Part shown: piece by piece, positions 1-9,441 of the stretch | How positions within the stretch are numbered: position 1 is the first letter of the stretch | Layout: every line of letters begins with the position of its first letter | Origin: Pleomorphochaeta sp. | GTDB taxonomy: Bacteria > Spirochaetota > Spirochaetia > Sphaerochaetales > Sphaerochaetaceae | Direction: 5' to 3' | Assembly: GCA_050031695.1 (NCBI GenBank) | Contig: JBNAIC010000029.1 | Coordinates: 16,034-80,033 of the forward strand | DNA: 64,000 nt | Notes under the pieces: generated by a model | Seen by the model: the letters and a program-made list of their open reading frames with translations, nothing else | Databases searched by the model: none | Told to the model about the DNA's origin: nothing | Program-made: the position numbers and the translations under genes

Positions 1-404
1 CATTAATTAATGAAGTTTTAACAGAAGTTGGAGATAATTCTATAATAGATTGTCCTCCTGGAAGTGCATGTTCAACAATGGAAGCAATTAAAGGTGCTAA
101 TTATTGTATATTAGTTACAGAACCTACAATTTTTTCATTACATAATATAAAAATGATAGTTGAACTAGTTGAATTATTTAAGATTCCTTACGGATTTGTT
201 ATAAACAAAAGTAATGATAAGTTAGATCATATAATTGAAGATTATGTGAAATCAATTGATAAAGAAATACTTGCTAAAATTCCTTTTTCAAAAGAAATTG
301 CAGAAATTACTTCTGAAGGTAAATTAGCAACTAATGAGATTAGAGAAGTAAATAATATTTTTAACTCATTGTTAAATAATGTTAAAGAGAAGGTATTAAT
401 ATGA
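1..404 (+). CDS. MinD/ParA-type P-loop ATPase, C-terminal part (5' end outside window)
   Basis: Frame 3 is open from nt 3 (LINEVLTEVGDNSIIDCPPGSACSTMEA...), so the 108-aa track ORF is only the tail. DCPPG, LVTEPT and VINK blocks are typical of MinD/CobQ-type ATPases. Its stop overlaps the next start (ATGA at 401-404). Confidence 0.75.
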   Translation, partial: LINEVLTEVGDNSIIDCPPGSACSTMEAIKGANYCILVTEPTIFSLHNIKMIVELVELFKIPYGFVINKSNDKLDHIIEDYVKSIDKEILAKIPFSKEIAEITSEGKLATNEIREVNNIFNSLLNNVKEKVLI

Positions 405-1267
405 AAAAAGTATTAGTTATTTCAGGTAAAGGTGGTACAGGAAAAACTACCATATCTTCAACATTAATAGATATGTTAAATATTAAAGCTTTAGCTGATT
501 GTGATGTTGATGCCCCAAATTTACACTTAGTAAGTTCTTTTGATAGTTCCTCTCTTAAATATGAAGATCAATATAAAGGAATGGATATTTATAAAATAAA
601 TGAAAGTGAATGTATTAAATGTGGTAAATGCCAACAGAGTTGTAAATTTGATTCTATTGATATAGTAGATGGGGTTTTTAAAATCAATCCTTTAGCATGT
701 GAGGGCTGTGGTGTATGTGAATTTGTTTGTCCTGTTAATGCTATATCTCCTGTAGATAATTACGTAGGTGTAACACAAGTTTTTAAAACAGACAAATTAT
801 TTTCTACTGCTCAATTGACTATGGGAAGTGGAAATAGTGGGAAATTGGTATCTCAGGTAAAGAAAAATTTAGATGATAATGTTGAAGATGAAAAAATTGC
901 AATAATTGATGGCTCGCCTGGTATAGGATGCCCTGTTATTGCATCACTAACTGGTGTTGATTTAGCACTAATAGTCACAGAACCTTCTTTATCTGGATTA
1001 AGTGATTTAAAGAGAATTGTAAAAACAGCACAAGTTTTTAAAACAAAAACCGCAATAGTAATAAATAAGGCAGATTTAAATAATGAAGTTAAAGAAATAA
1101 TTGTTAAATATATTAATGATGAAAATTTGTATTTAGCAGGTGAAATTAATTATGATAATAATGTTTCTAAGATAATTAATAGTAAAACTTCTTTAGCAAA
1201 TGTTAATACTCCTGCAGCTAATCAATTAAAACAAATTTCGAAAATTGTGTTATCATTAGTACAGTAG
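401..1267 (+). CDS. MinD-superfamily P-loop ATPase with inserted 2x[4Fe-4S] ferredoxin domain (COG1149-like)
   Basis: Walker A ISGKGGTGKTT. Two Cys clusters: CIKCGKCQQSC and CEGCGVCEFVCP. DGSPGIGCP and VTEPS blocks follow. Translationally coupled to the upstream paralogue. Confidence 0.85.
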   Translation: MKKVLVISGKGGTGKTTISSTLIDMLNIKALADCDVDAPNLHLVSSFDSSSLKYEDQYKGMDIYKINESECIKCGKCQQSCKFDSIDIVDGVFKINPLACEGCGVCEFVCPVNAISPVDNYVGVTQVFKTDKLFSTAQLTMGSGNSGKLVSQVKKNLDDNVEDEKIAIIDGSPGIGCPVIASLTGVDLALIVTEPSLSGLSDLKRIVKTAQVFKTKTAIVINKADLNNEVKEIIVKYINDENLYLAGEINYDNNVSKIINSKTSLANVNTPAANQLKQISKIVLSLVQ

Positions 1268-1450
1268 ATTACAATTTAAACAAAAAATTTTTATTAAACT
1301 AATTTGTTATAATAATAATATATCAAATTGGTTTTTTATTTAATAAAAAAGATAAATTTTGTTTAATATCAATATTTTTAACTTGAAAAAGTCTCATTCT
1401 CAATTTAAACTATTTTAGTTAGTTTTTAAAATCTTAAAGGGGAAACAAAG

Positions 1451-1795
1451 ATGGAAGAAAAACTTATTAAATTAAAGAATTGGGGTTGTGACATTCAAGG
1501 CGCATTAGATCGTTTTTTAAATGATAAAGATTTGTATTATGAATGTCTAACTATGTTTGTTGATGATGACAATTTCATTTCATTAAAATTGCATATTAAT
1601 GATGAAGATCAAAGAGTACCTTTTACATATGTACATACGCTAAAAGGGGTGGCTGGTAATTTAGGTATTAGCCCACTGTTTGAATCATTAAGTGAATTGT
1701 GTGAAGCATTAAGAGCTTCAAAGTATTATTCAAACAGTGGTCTTTATGAAAGAACTGTAGTAGATTATAATATCTTCTTAGAAATTATGAAATAA
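1451..1795 (+). CDS. single-domain histidine phosphotransfer (Hpt) protein
   Basis: Hpt signature VHTLKGVAGNLGI around the phospho-accepting His. 114 aa, helical composition. SD-like AAAGGGGA upstream. Confidence 0.7.
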   Translation: MEEKLIKLKNWGCDIQGALDRFLNDKDLYYECLTMFVDDDNFISLKLHINDEDQRVPFTYVHTLKGVAGNLGISPLFESLSELCEALRASKYYSNSGLYERTVVDYNIFLEIMK

Positions 1796-2768
1796 ATTTT
1801 GTAAGTAGTACTTTTACATTACCACCACAAATCATTCCCAATTTACTTGCCTTAGAATTTGATAAATCATGGTAAAAAAGTTGGGAATTTTTATTTTTAT
1901 TATTAAGCAATTCTTTTGAGTCTTTTATTACTTGATATTCAATAGCTCCACCACCTATAGTGCCTTCAGTTTTACCATTACTAAAAACAGCTAAAAAAGA
2001 ACCTTGTTCTCTAGGTGCAGAACCATGTTTTTCAATTATTCTTGCAACAACAAAAGGATTATTTTCTTTAGCTAATTTTCTCAATAATTCAACATCTAAT
2101 TCTATTTGATTTTTATCCATTTTTGTAGCTTTAATAATTTCTGCTACAATAGATATAGCAATTTCTTGAGGAGTTTGAGCATTAATATTTATTCCAATTG
2201 GAGAGTAAATAGAATTTAATTCTTCTTCACTACAGTCTAGTTTATTATTTTTTATTTCGTTTAATATTTCATTTTTTGTTGCAGCTACTTTACTTTTAGA
2301 TCCAATCATTCCTAAATATTTATAATTTTTCTTACTAAGTGCTGTTTCAAGACATGTTTTATCATGTTTATGCCCTCTTGTTGCAATGACTATTGCACAG
2401 TTTGATAAGTCTAATTTGTTTAATTCTTCACTATAATCACCTAGAATTAAATTTGCTTTTGGATATAATTCAGGTGTACAAAAATCAGATCTATCTTCAA
2501 TTATTGTAATTTTATAATCTAGCATAAGTGCTAATTTATATATTGCATTACCGATATGACCACCACCACACATTACAAGTTCTAATTTTCCAGAAATGAA
2601 TTCGCATAAATATTCACCGTCATTAATTAAATCTTCACTATTTTTAGCAAGTAAGTTATTTTTAGTATCATATATAGCTTCGTTTCCTAGATTGTTTTCA
2701 TCAATTCTAGTTCTTCTCTCTATTTTTTTATTCAAGTTTTTGGTTATAGTATTAAAATAGGTATTCAT
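1785..2768 (-). CDS. XdhC/CoxI-family molybdenum-hydroxylase maturation factor, domain order swapped
   Basis: Rossmann-like XdhC_C block (LVMCGGGHIGN...IATRGHKHD...GMIGSKSK...PIGININAQTPQEIAISI) precedes the XdhC_CoxI block (VARIIEKHGSAPREQG...GTIGGGAIE...GMICGGNVKVLL). Strong SD TAAGGAGA before the ATG. Confidence 0.75.
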   Translation of the reverse strand: MNTYFNTITKNLNKKIERRTRIDENNLGNEAIYDTKNNLLAKNSEDLINDGEYLCEFISGKLELVMCGGGHIGNAIYKLALMLDYKITIIEDRSDFCTPELYPKANLILGDYSEELNKLDLSNCAIVIATRGHKHDKTCLETALSKKNYKYLGMIGSKSKVAATKNEILNEIKNNKLDCSEEELNSIYSPIGININAQTPQEIAISIVAEIIKATKMDKNQIELDVELLRKLAKENNPFVVARIIEKHGSAPREQGSFLAVFSNGKTEGTIGGGAIEYQVIKDSKELLNNKNKNSQLFYHDLSNSKASKLGMICGGNVKVLLTKFIS

Positions 2769-2895
2769 AAAATCTCCTTATTCGATGATTAAATTATATA
2801 ATACTTTGTTTGTTTTTGCTATTTATCAGTAATTAAAATTACAAATATGTAAAATAATAATTTTCTTTTTTAGAGAATCAGTGTAAAGTAAAAAT

Positions 2896-4122
2896 ATGGA
2901 ATCAATACGTGAATTATATAAAATTGGATATGGCCCTTCTAGTAGTCATACAATGGGGCCAAGATTAGCTACAAAATTGTTTTTAAAGGATTATCCTAAT
3001 GCAGATAATTATTCTGTAGAATTGTTTGGTTCTTTAGCTGCTACAGGTAAAGGTCATTTAACAAATGTTGCAATAGAAAGTGTTTTTCAAAAGATTAATA
3101 AAAAAATAAATGTTATTTGGAAACCAGAAGAATTTAAAATATATCATCCTAATGCTTTAACTTTTTATTCATATGATAAAAAGAACAACCTTTTAGGAAG
3201 TAAAACCTATTATAGTGTAGGGGGTGGAACTGTAGAAGTTGAAGGTGAAAACAAGATTAATAAAATTGAATTGTATGATGAAAGATTTGATTCTTTAGAT
3301 AAAATTCTTGCATTTTGTGAAGATGAGGGGATGCAATTATGGGAATTTGTTTTATATATTGAAGGTGAAAATATTACTGAATATATCAAAGAAATTTGGA
3401 ATGTGATGATTTCTTCAATTCAAAAAGGTCTAGATTCTGAAGGCGTATTACCAGGAGGCTTAAAATTACAAAGAAAAGCTTCAATGTACTATTCTAAAAG
3501 TCAAAATCTTTTCGGTTCTTTAAAGTTTGATAGTGAATTAATTTCATATGCATTAGCTGTAAGCGAAGAAAATGCTAGTGGAAATAAAATTGTTACTGCT
3601 CCAACTTGTGGAAGCTGTGGTATTGTTCCAAGTGTTTTATATTATTTATATAAAAATCATGATTTAAAAGAAAGAAAAATAGTAAATGCTCTTTTAACAG
3701 CAGGATTAATTGGAAATATTGCAAAACAAAATGCTTCAATTAGTGGTGCAGAAGTAGGGTGCCAAGGTGAAGTTGGTGTTGCTTGTGCAATGGCTAGTGC
3801 TGCAGCAACTCAAATTATGGGTGGATCAATTTATCAAATAGAATATGCGGCAGAGATGGGATTAGAGCATCATTTAGGTTTAACTTGTGATCCAATGCTA
3901 GGTTTAGTTCAAATTCCCTGTATTGAAAGAAATGCTATGGGAGCTGTTAGAGCAATAGATCATTGTTCATATGTTTTATTAGGAGATGGAAGACATAAAG
4001 TGTCCTATGATGAAGTTGTTAAAGTAATGAACGAAACTGGGCAAGCTTTACCTCCTCTCTATAGAGAAACATCTCTTGGTGGATTAGCCGTAATAAAAAA
4101 TAAAAAAAATAATCCAAAGTAG
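2896..4122 (+). CDS. sdaA: L-serine dehydratase (L-serine ammonia-lyase), Fe-S dependent, single chain
   Basis: N-terminus ELYKIGYGPSSSHTMGP. Also APTCGSCGIVP, GAEVGCQGEVGVA and LTCDP...QIPCIERNA blocks, characteristic of the SdaA family. Confidence 0.9.
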   Translation: MESIRELYKIGYGPSSSHTMGPRLATKLFLKDYPNADNYSVELFGSLAATGKGHLTNVAIESVFQKINKKINVIWKPEEFKIYHPNALTFYSYDKKNNLLGSKTYYSVGGGTVEVEGENKINKIELYDERFDSLDKILAFCEDEGMQLWEFVLYIEGENITEYIKEIWNVMISSIQKGLDSEGVLPGGLKLQRKASMYYSKSQNLFGSLKFDSELISYALAVSEENASGNKIVTAPTCGSCGIVPSVLYYLYKNHDLKERKIVNALLTAGLIGNIAKQNASISGAEVGCQGEVGVACAMASAAATQIMGGSIYQIEYAAEMGLEHHLGLTCDPMLGLVQIPCIERNAMGAVRAIDHCSYVLLGDGRHKVSYDEVVKVMNETGQALPPLYRETSLGGLAVIKNKKNNPK

Positions 4123-4148
4123 GCTATAATTTAATAATCTACTTTGGA
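4113..4148. terminator. hairpin between convergent sdaA and yqeB-like genes
   Basis: TCCAAAGTAG (4113-4122) pairs with CTACTTTGGA (4139-4148) around a 16-nt loop. A T-rich run follows only on the minus strand. Confidence 0.35.
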
Positions 4149-4174
4149 GAGATTTAAAACTATCTTAATAAAAT

Positions 4175-5749
4175 TTACTTATATAAAAACTTATATATTG
4201 CACTTAATACACCACCTGCTATATTTCTTCCCTTATCAGAGACAGTAGTATGGTCTGCTTCTTCTCCTCTAGGGTCTATATCGGCAACTTTAAATCCTTT
4301 TGGAACTTTTATACCTTCGGTTAATAAGCCTCTTATTTTTCCATCAATAGTAGCTTCAATTAAAGTTTCATCAACTTTTGCAATTATATCACCTTGTTTT
4401 ACAATGTCTCCAATTTTACTAAGATTGTACCATGTTCCAGCTACAGGAGAGTGAATTACTCTTTCTTTACCATAACCACCAATTATTCCAGGAATGCCAG
4501 AATTTGCTATAGCTTGTCCTTTATATAAAACGTTACCAACATAATGTCCACGTTTAGTTTCTATGATACAATGACAATCTTTGTTAACTTCAAAACCAGG
4601 GCCTAATGCTATTACTAATGGTGCATCAGTGATTTTTGTACCTAGGTTTTTCTTTGCTAATATAGCATCAACTACAATTAATGGTTTTATTTTTTTAATT
4701 AAAGTTGCATCTTTATCAGAAACTACTACAACTTTTCCATCTGTTAATGTTTTATATATTAAATCTATATTATCTTTATCGCATTTTATTGCAGTTGTAT
4801 CTTCAACAGTATATTGATTATCAAACATAGCTTGCGCAAATGAGACAGTTCTCCTAATTACAGTCGGTTCTTCAACTTCTAGAGCTATAACTTTAAATCC
4901 TGCTCTATGAAGTTTAAGAATTGTTCCTGTTGCTAAGTCTCCAGCACCTCTTACAATAATTGGTCTAAAAATGGTATTCCTCTTTTCTAGAGATTTATTA
5001 TTCTTTTCTCCTAGAACTTCACATACAATGCTAAGTCCAACTTGATAAGGTGTTTGTCCACCAGTATTTAAGCCAATAGGACAGTGTAATTTTAGGTTTT
5101 CTTCAGAATTTATATCAATATTTTCAATAAGAGAATACATGTGTTGATTACTTGTCATAATTCCAACATACCAAGCATTAGATTTTAGTGCACACTGATA
5201 ATCTTCAGTACTTAGCAAAGAATTATTTAAAACTAAAATGGCACTATTGTTAGTGTTAATTTCGTTTAAAGTCTTTGTAATATTAGATGAAAGATAAATA
5301 TTGCTTGCCATTGGAAAATCTTCAGGTTTTGTAAATTCTTCTCTAGTCTCAATAATTTCAATTTCAAATCCAGATTGAGAAGCTATTTGTGCTACACTTT
5401 TTCCAACATGACCTCCTCCAATTATTATCATTTTTGAAGAAGATTCACCAACATCGATAGAAATTTTTATATAATTATCTTTGTTTTCATCATCACGATA
5501 GATAGTAAATAATCCACCTTTTTGTACTTTTAATGCTTCTTTTGCTTTTTCGATTGCCTTATATTCTACTAAGCCACCACCTATGGTGCCATAATATTGG
5601 CCATCATTTTTAACAAGCATTCTTCCACTAGTTCTAGTAACCACACCTTTGTGATCACATAAAGAAACCCATGCAAATGGGATATTTTTGCTTTCTAACT
5701 CATAAGCAATTTTATATGGTGATAAGTTATTATTTTTCATAAATCCCAT
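4175..5749 (-). CDS. yqeB: YqeB-type selenium-dependent molybdenum hydroxylase maturation protein (XdhC-like N-half plus YqeB/EF2563-like C-half)
   Basis: Canonical XdhC order: GTIGGGLVE, then IIIGGGHVGKS. The C-half IVRGAGDLATGTILKLHRAGF...VIRRTVSF matches the YqeB family. The track ORF start (5812) lies inside the ackA terminator hairpin, so I start at Met22 (5749). Met25 (5740) is equally possible. Confidence 0.78.
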   Translation of the reverse strand: MGFMKNNNLSPYKIAYELESKNIPFAWVSLCDHKGVVTRTSGRMLVKNDGQYYGTIGGGLVEYKAIEKAKEALKVQKGGLFTIYRDDENKDNYIKISIDVGESSSKMIIIGGGHVGKSVAQIASQSGFEIEIIETREEFTKPEDFPMASNIYLSSNITKTLNEINTNNSAILVLNNSLLSTEDYQCALKSNAWYVGIMTSNQHMYSLIENIDINSEENLKLHCPIGLNTGGQTPYQVGLSIVCEVLGEKNNKSLEKRNTIFRPIIVRGAGDLATGTILKLHRAGFKVIALEVEEPTVIRRTVSFAQAMFDNQYTVEDTTAIKCDKDNIDLIYKTLTDGKVVVVSDKDATLIKKIKPLIVVDAILAKKNLGTKITDAPLVIALGPGFEVNKDCHCIIETKRGHYVGNVLYKGQAIANSGIPGIIGGYGKERVIHSPVAGTWYNLSKIGDIVKQGDIIAKVDETLIEATIDGKIRGLLTEGIKVPKGFKVADIDPRGEEADHTTVSDKGRNIAGGVLSAIYKFLYK

Positions 5750-5779
5750 TATATCATAAAAAACATAATCATTGAAAGC

Positions 5780-5817
5780 AAAAAAAAGACTATTGTCATT
5801 TTTTTTTGACAATAGTC
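5780..5817 (-). terminator. rho-independent terminator of ackA
   Basis: Perfect 11-bp inverted repeat: GACTATTGTCA (5788-5798) and TGACAATAGTC (5807-5817) with an 8-nt loop. On the minus strand it is followed by T8 (A-run 5780-5787 on plus). Confidence 0.75.
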
Positions 5818-5850
5818 ATAAACTGAAAATAAAATTAAGGTAAACCTAAA

Positions 5851-7197
5851 TTATTTAGTAGCTTTTGGAGCTTTAACTAAAATAGTTTTTAAGAAAGGTT
5901 TATCTTCAATATTTTTTACAAGAGCTCTAGCTCTAGCTTTGTTTTCATAATTAGGATCTTCAAAAGAATATGTAAAATTGGTATGAATATCATAAGTCTT
6001 GTTCATAAGAGCATATGCATCTTCAGTCATTACTAATTCTTCATCTGTAGGTATAACATAAATTCTAGAAGGAGAATTATCTTTAGAGATGTCAAATTCT
6101 CCATTTCTACATCTACAATTATCATTCTTTTCTACATCTACATCGATACCTAAGTTTGCAAGTCCTTCTAGTGCACCTCTTCTAATATGTTCACCCATTT
6201 CACCAACACCTGCAGTAAATACAACAGCATCAACTCTGCCAAGAAGAGCAGCATATGAACCAATATATTTTTTGATTCTATGAGTTTCCATTTTAACAGC
6301 TAGTTGAGCTTTTTCATCACCTTTATCTGCTTGAGTATGGACATCTCTTCTATCAGTTAGTCCACAAATACCTAATAAACCACTTTTTTTATTTAATTCA
6401 GTATCCATTTCAGAAGGACTCATGCCTGTTTTATTCATAACAAAAGGTAAAATTGCAGGGTCTAAATCACCACTTCTTGTACCCATTACTAAACCTTCTA
6501 AAGGAGTTAATCCCATTGAAGTATCAATACAAACACCGTCTTTAACAGCACAAACTGATGCACCATTACCAATATGACAAATAATAACGTTAGTATCTTT
6601 GTTTTCTTTACCTAATAAAACAGCAGCTCTTTTTGCACAATATAGATGTGAAGTACCATGGAAACCGTATCTTCTTACGTTAAAGTCTTCATACCATTTA
6701 TAAGGTACTGCATACATATAAGCTTCTTCAGGCATTGTTTGATGCCAAGCAGTATCCATAACAATTGCATGAGGAACATTAGGCATAACTTTTCTTGCAG
6801 CTTCAATACCCATGATATTAGCTGGCATGTGTAAAGGACCTAAAGGAATTAATTCTTTTAATTCTTCGATAATATGATCATCAACTAAAGCTGATTTTTT
6901 AAATGTTTCACCACCGTGTAGTACTCTATGTCCTACAGCACCAATTTGTGATAAATCATCAATTACTCCATATTCTTTGTCGACAAGCATTTTGATAATT
7001 AGTTCTATTGCTTCTTTGTGAGAAGGAGAAGAGAATCTTTCATTGTATTCATCTTTACCTTTAGCTTTATGTTCAATTGTTGAATATTCAAGTCCGATTC
7101 TTTCTACAACACCTACAGCTAAAACGTCTTTTTGTGTCCAGTCGAAAACTTGATATTTTGCAGAAGAACTTCCGCAATTAAGAGTTAGAATAACCAT
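5851..7197 (-). CDS. ackA: acetate kinase with about 45-50 aa C-terminal extension
   Basis: [59 protein letters not shown] and IPTDEE blocks. SD AAGGAG 8 nt before the ATG. Confidence 0.93.
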   Translation of the reverse strand: MVILTLNCGSSSAKYQVFDWTQKDVLAVGVVERIGLEYSTIEHKAKGKDEYNERFSSPSHKEAIELIIKMLVDKEYGVIDDLSQIGAVGHRVLHGGETFKKSALVDDHIIEELKELIPLGPLHMPANIMGIEAARKVMPNVPHAIVMDTAWHQTMPEEAYMYAVPYKWYEDFNVRRYGFHGTSHLYCAKRAAVLLGKENKDTNVIICHIGNGASVCAVKDGVCIDTSMGLTPLEGLVMGTRSGDLDPAILPFVMNKTGMSPSEMDTELNKKSGLLGICGLTDRRDVHTQADKGDEKAQLAVKMETHRIKKYIGSYAALLGRVDAVVFTAGVGEMGEHIRRGALEGLANLGIDVDVEKNDNCRCRNGEFDISKDNSPSRIYVIPTDEELVMTEDAYALMNKTYDIHTNFTYSFEDPNYENKARARALVKNIEDKPFLKTILVKAPKATK

Positions 7198-7321
7198 TTG
7201 TTTGGCTCCTTAAAAATGTCTAAGATTTTTATTTAGAAAAATATGTTATAAATTATCACATAAAATTAAGTGATATTCAACTAAGATAATGCAAAAATAA
7301 TAATATTTTTATTAAGTAAAT

Positions 7322-8386
7322 ATGTACAAAAGAGTTATTATTATTTTTAGTCTATTATTTATATTTTCATGGGGGCTGTTTTCGATAAATGTTAGTATGA
7401 AATACAAAAAAAATGAGAACTCTTTTGATTTAACAATTTATGATAATATCAATAAATTTAACATAAAACTTAAAGATAACAAAATTGATAGTGTAGATAT
7501 CTCAAATTTTCAAGTAAATTCTTTAATTATCAAAAAAGAAGCAAAGTTTATTAATCGTGAAATTTATGTTGATAATTCTATAAATTATTACATAAATATT
7601 ATTAATGATAATTTAGAATTTTTTACGAATTATTCATCATTTGATGTTAGTAAAAATAAAATAAATTCTTTAGTATGTTCATACAAAAAATTAAGGCTAG
7701 AATTTGTGAATTATTCTATAAAAAATGAAGACAATAATTCTTTTTATTATGATTTTTCAAATTTAAATTTCACTAATAATGGCTTTATAAATTATATAGA
7801 CTATTCATTCTATAATTTTGATATTAAGCAAGAAGTCGCTTATTCAAAATTTGGTTTATTATATAGTAGTTTTATTTCCTATAAATTCAAGAAACTATTG
7901 TTGTTTCTTGTAAGAAAAAATATGAATGAAAAATATATATATGGGATAAAATTTAAAGATAAAATAGTTAATTTTAAAATTTCAGATAAAATTTATCCAA
8001 TCTCAATATATGGAGGGCAAGGTGTTAAAAGAAATTTTACAATTGATTCAAAACTTTGTTTTAATTATAAATTTAAAACAATGGATAACAAATTAATAGT
8101 AAAAATACATCATGAAATAGATTATAATAAGTATTTAGAAAGAGAGTATATTAACTATTATAGTGTATCTAATGTTTATCAATATAAAAAAAACACTGTC
8201 CATCTTTTTTTTGAGTATAATAAATTATGCGAGTTTTATATAAAAATTAATAATCTAAAATTATTAGTTAAAAATAAAGAAATAATATTAGAAATTTCAT
8301 ATAATATGAAAAAAGAAAATGTAAATTATAATATTAATCTAACTTCTAATGGTTTATTTGAATTCTCAATTATAATATCTTTATGA
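7322..8386 (+). CDS. hypothetical N/K/Y/F-rich protein with N-terminal hydrophobic segment
   Basis: 354-aa ORF that fills an otherwise empty gap. The N-terminal segment VIIIFSLLFIFSWGLFSINV is a signal peptide or anchor. No recognisable motif. Confidence 0.5.
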   Translation: MYKRVIIIFSLLFIFSWGLFSINVSMKYKKNENSFDLTIYDNINKFNIKLKDNKIDSVDISNFQVNSLIIKKEAKFINREIYVDNSINYYINIINDNLEFFTNYSSFDVSKNKINSLVCSYKKLRLEFVNYSIKNEDNNSFYYDFSNLNFTNNGFINYIDYSFYNFDIKQEVAYSKFGLLYSSFISYKFKKLLLFLVRKNMNEKYIYGIKFKDKIVNFKISDKIYPISIYGGQGVKRNFTIDSKLCFNYKFKTMDNKLIVKIHHEIDYNKYLEREYINYYSVSNVYQYKKNTVHLFFEYNKLCEFYIKINNLKLLVKNKEIILEISYNMKKENVNYNINLTSNGLFEFSIIISL

Positions 8387-9298
8387 AAAATCTCCAATAA
8401 ATTGAACTTCATATTCTAATTCTATATTGAATTTATCTTTTACAGCTTTTTTGCACATTTTACTTAATTCATATATATCCTTACTTGTTGCATTTTTTTT
8501 ATTCATTATGTAGTTGCAATGACTTTCGCAAATAAAAGCATCATTAATATTTTTTATTTTAAGATTACAATCCTCTATTAGTTTTCCTGCAATATATCCA
8601 TCCGGATTTTTAAAAATACTTCCTGCACTTGGGTATTTTAATAAACCTTTATCTATTCTATTTTTTGTATTTTCATCTTTTACAGCTTTAGCATAAGCAC
8701 TATAATTATTTTTATCTAAGAAAAAACCAGCTTCAAAAATAATAGCATTTTCCATATGTTTAAATGGTGAGTCTCTGTAGCCAAAATCTTCTCCATTTCT
8801 ATCCATTCTATGAGTTTTTCCATCAAATGTAATATAGTCAATATATAATAGTCTATCGCTAATAGTATAACCATAAGCTCCAGCATTACCATGAACAGCT
8901 CCACCAATGGATCCCGGGATTCCACTTAATCCCTCTAAGCCTAGCATTCCGTCATTTTGTGTTATATTTATCGCTCTGTCTAACGACATTCCAGTCCGAC
9001 ATGAAAAAATATTTCCTCGAATTGAATATCTGCATAGTTTGTGAGTTCTAATTGTTAAACCTTTGATTTTTTTATCACTTATTATAACATTCGAACCAGC
9101 TCCTAATATATTAATTTTTAAATTATTAATATTAGCAAAATTTAATGCTGTTATTAATTCTTCAAATCTACCAGGTTCGCAATAATATTCAGCAATCCCA
9201 CCAGTTTTAAATGTTGTAAACTTTGATAAAGAAACGTTTTCTTTAATGATTTCTTCAAACTTGATTTTTTCATCTTGATGACTTAAATTAGTATTCAT
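8381..9298 (-). CDS. murB: UDP-N-acetylenolpyruvoylglucosamine reductase
   Basis: FTTFKTGGIAEYY, ILGAGSNVIISD, SGIPGSIGGAVHGNAGAYG and PSAGSIFKNP blocks of MurB. Confidence 0.9.
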   Translation of the reverse strand: MNTNLSHQDEKIKFEEIIKENVSLSKFTTFKTGGIAEYYCEPGRFEELITALNFANINNLKINILGAGSNVIISDKKIKGLTIRTHKLCRYSIRGNIFSCRTGMSLDRAINITQNDGMLGLEGLSGIPGSIGGAVHGNAGAYGYTISDRLLYIDYITFDGKTHRMDRNGEDFGYRDSPFKHMENAIIFEAGFFLDKNNYSAYAKAVKDENTKNRIDKGLLKYPSAGSIFKNPDGYIAGKLIEDCNLKIKNINDAFICESHCNYIMNKKNATSKDIYELSKMCKKAVKDKFNIELEYEVQFIGDFS

Positions 9299-9441
9299 GA
9301 TTAATATATTATCAATGATAGGATATTATAGCAATCAAAAATATGTATTTATGTATTTTCATTATTATAATTTGTAATTATATTTATAATAATACTATTA
9401 TTTGTTATACTATTACGTAACCATATAGAAAGGAAAAATTC

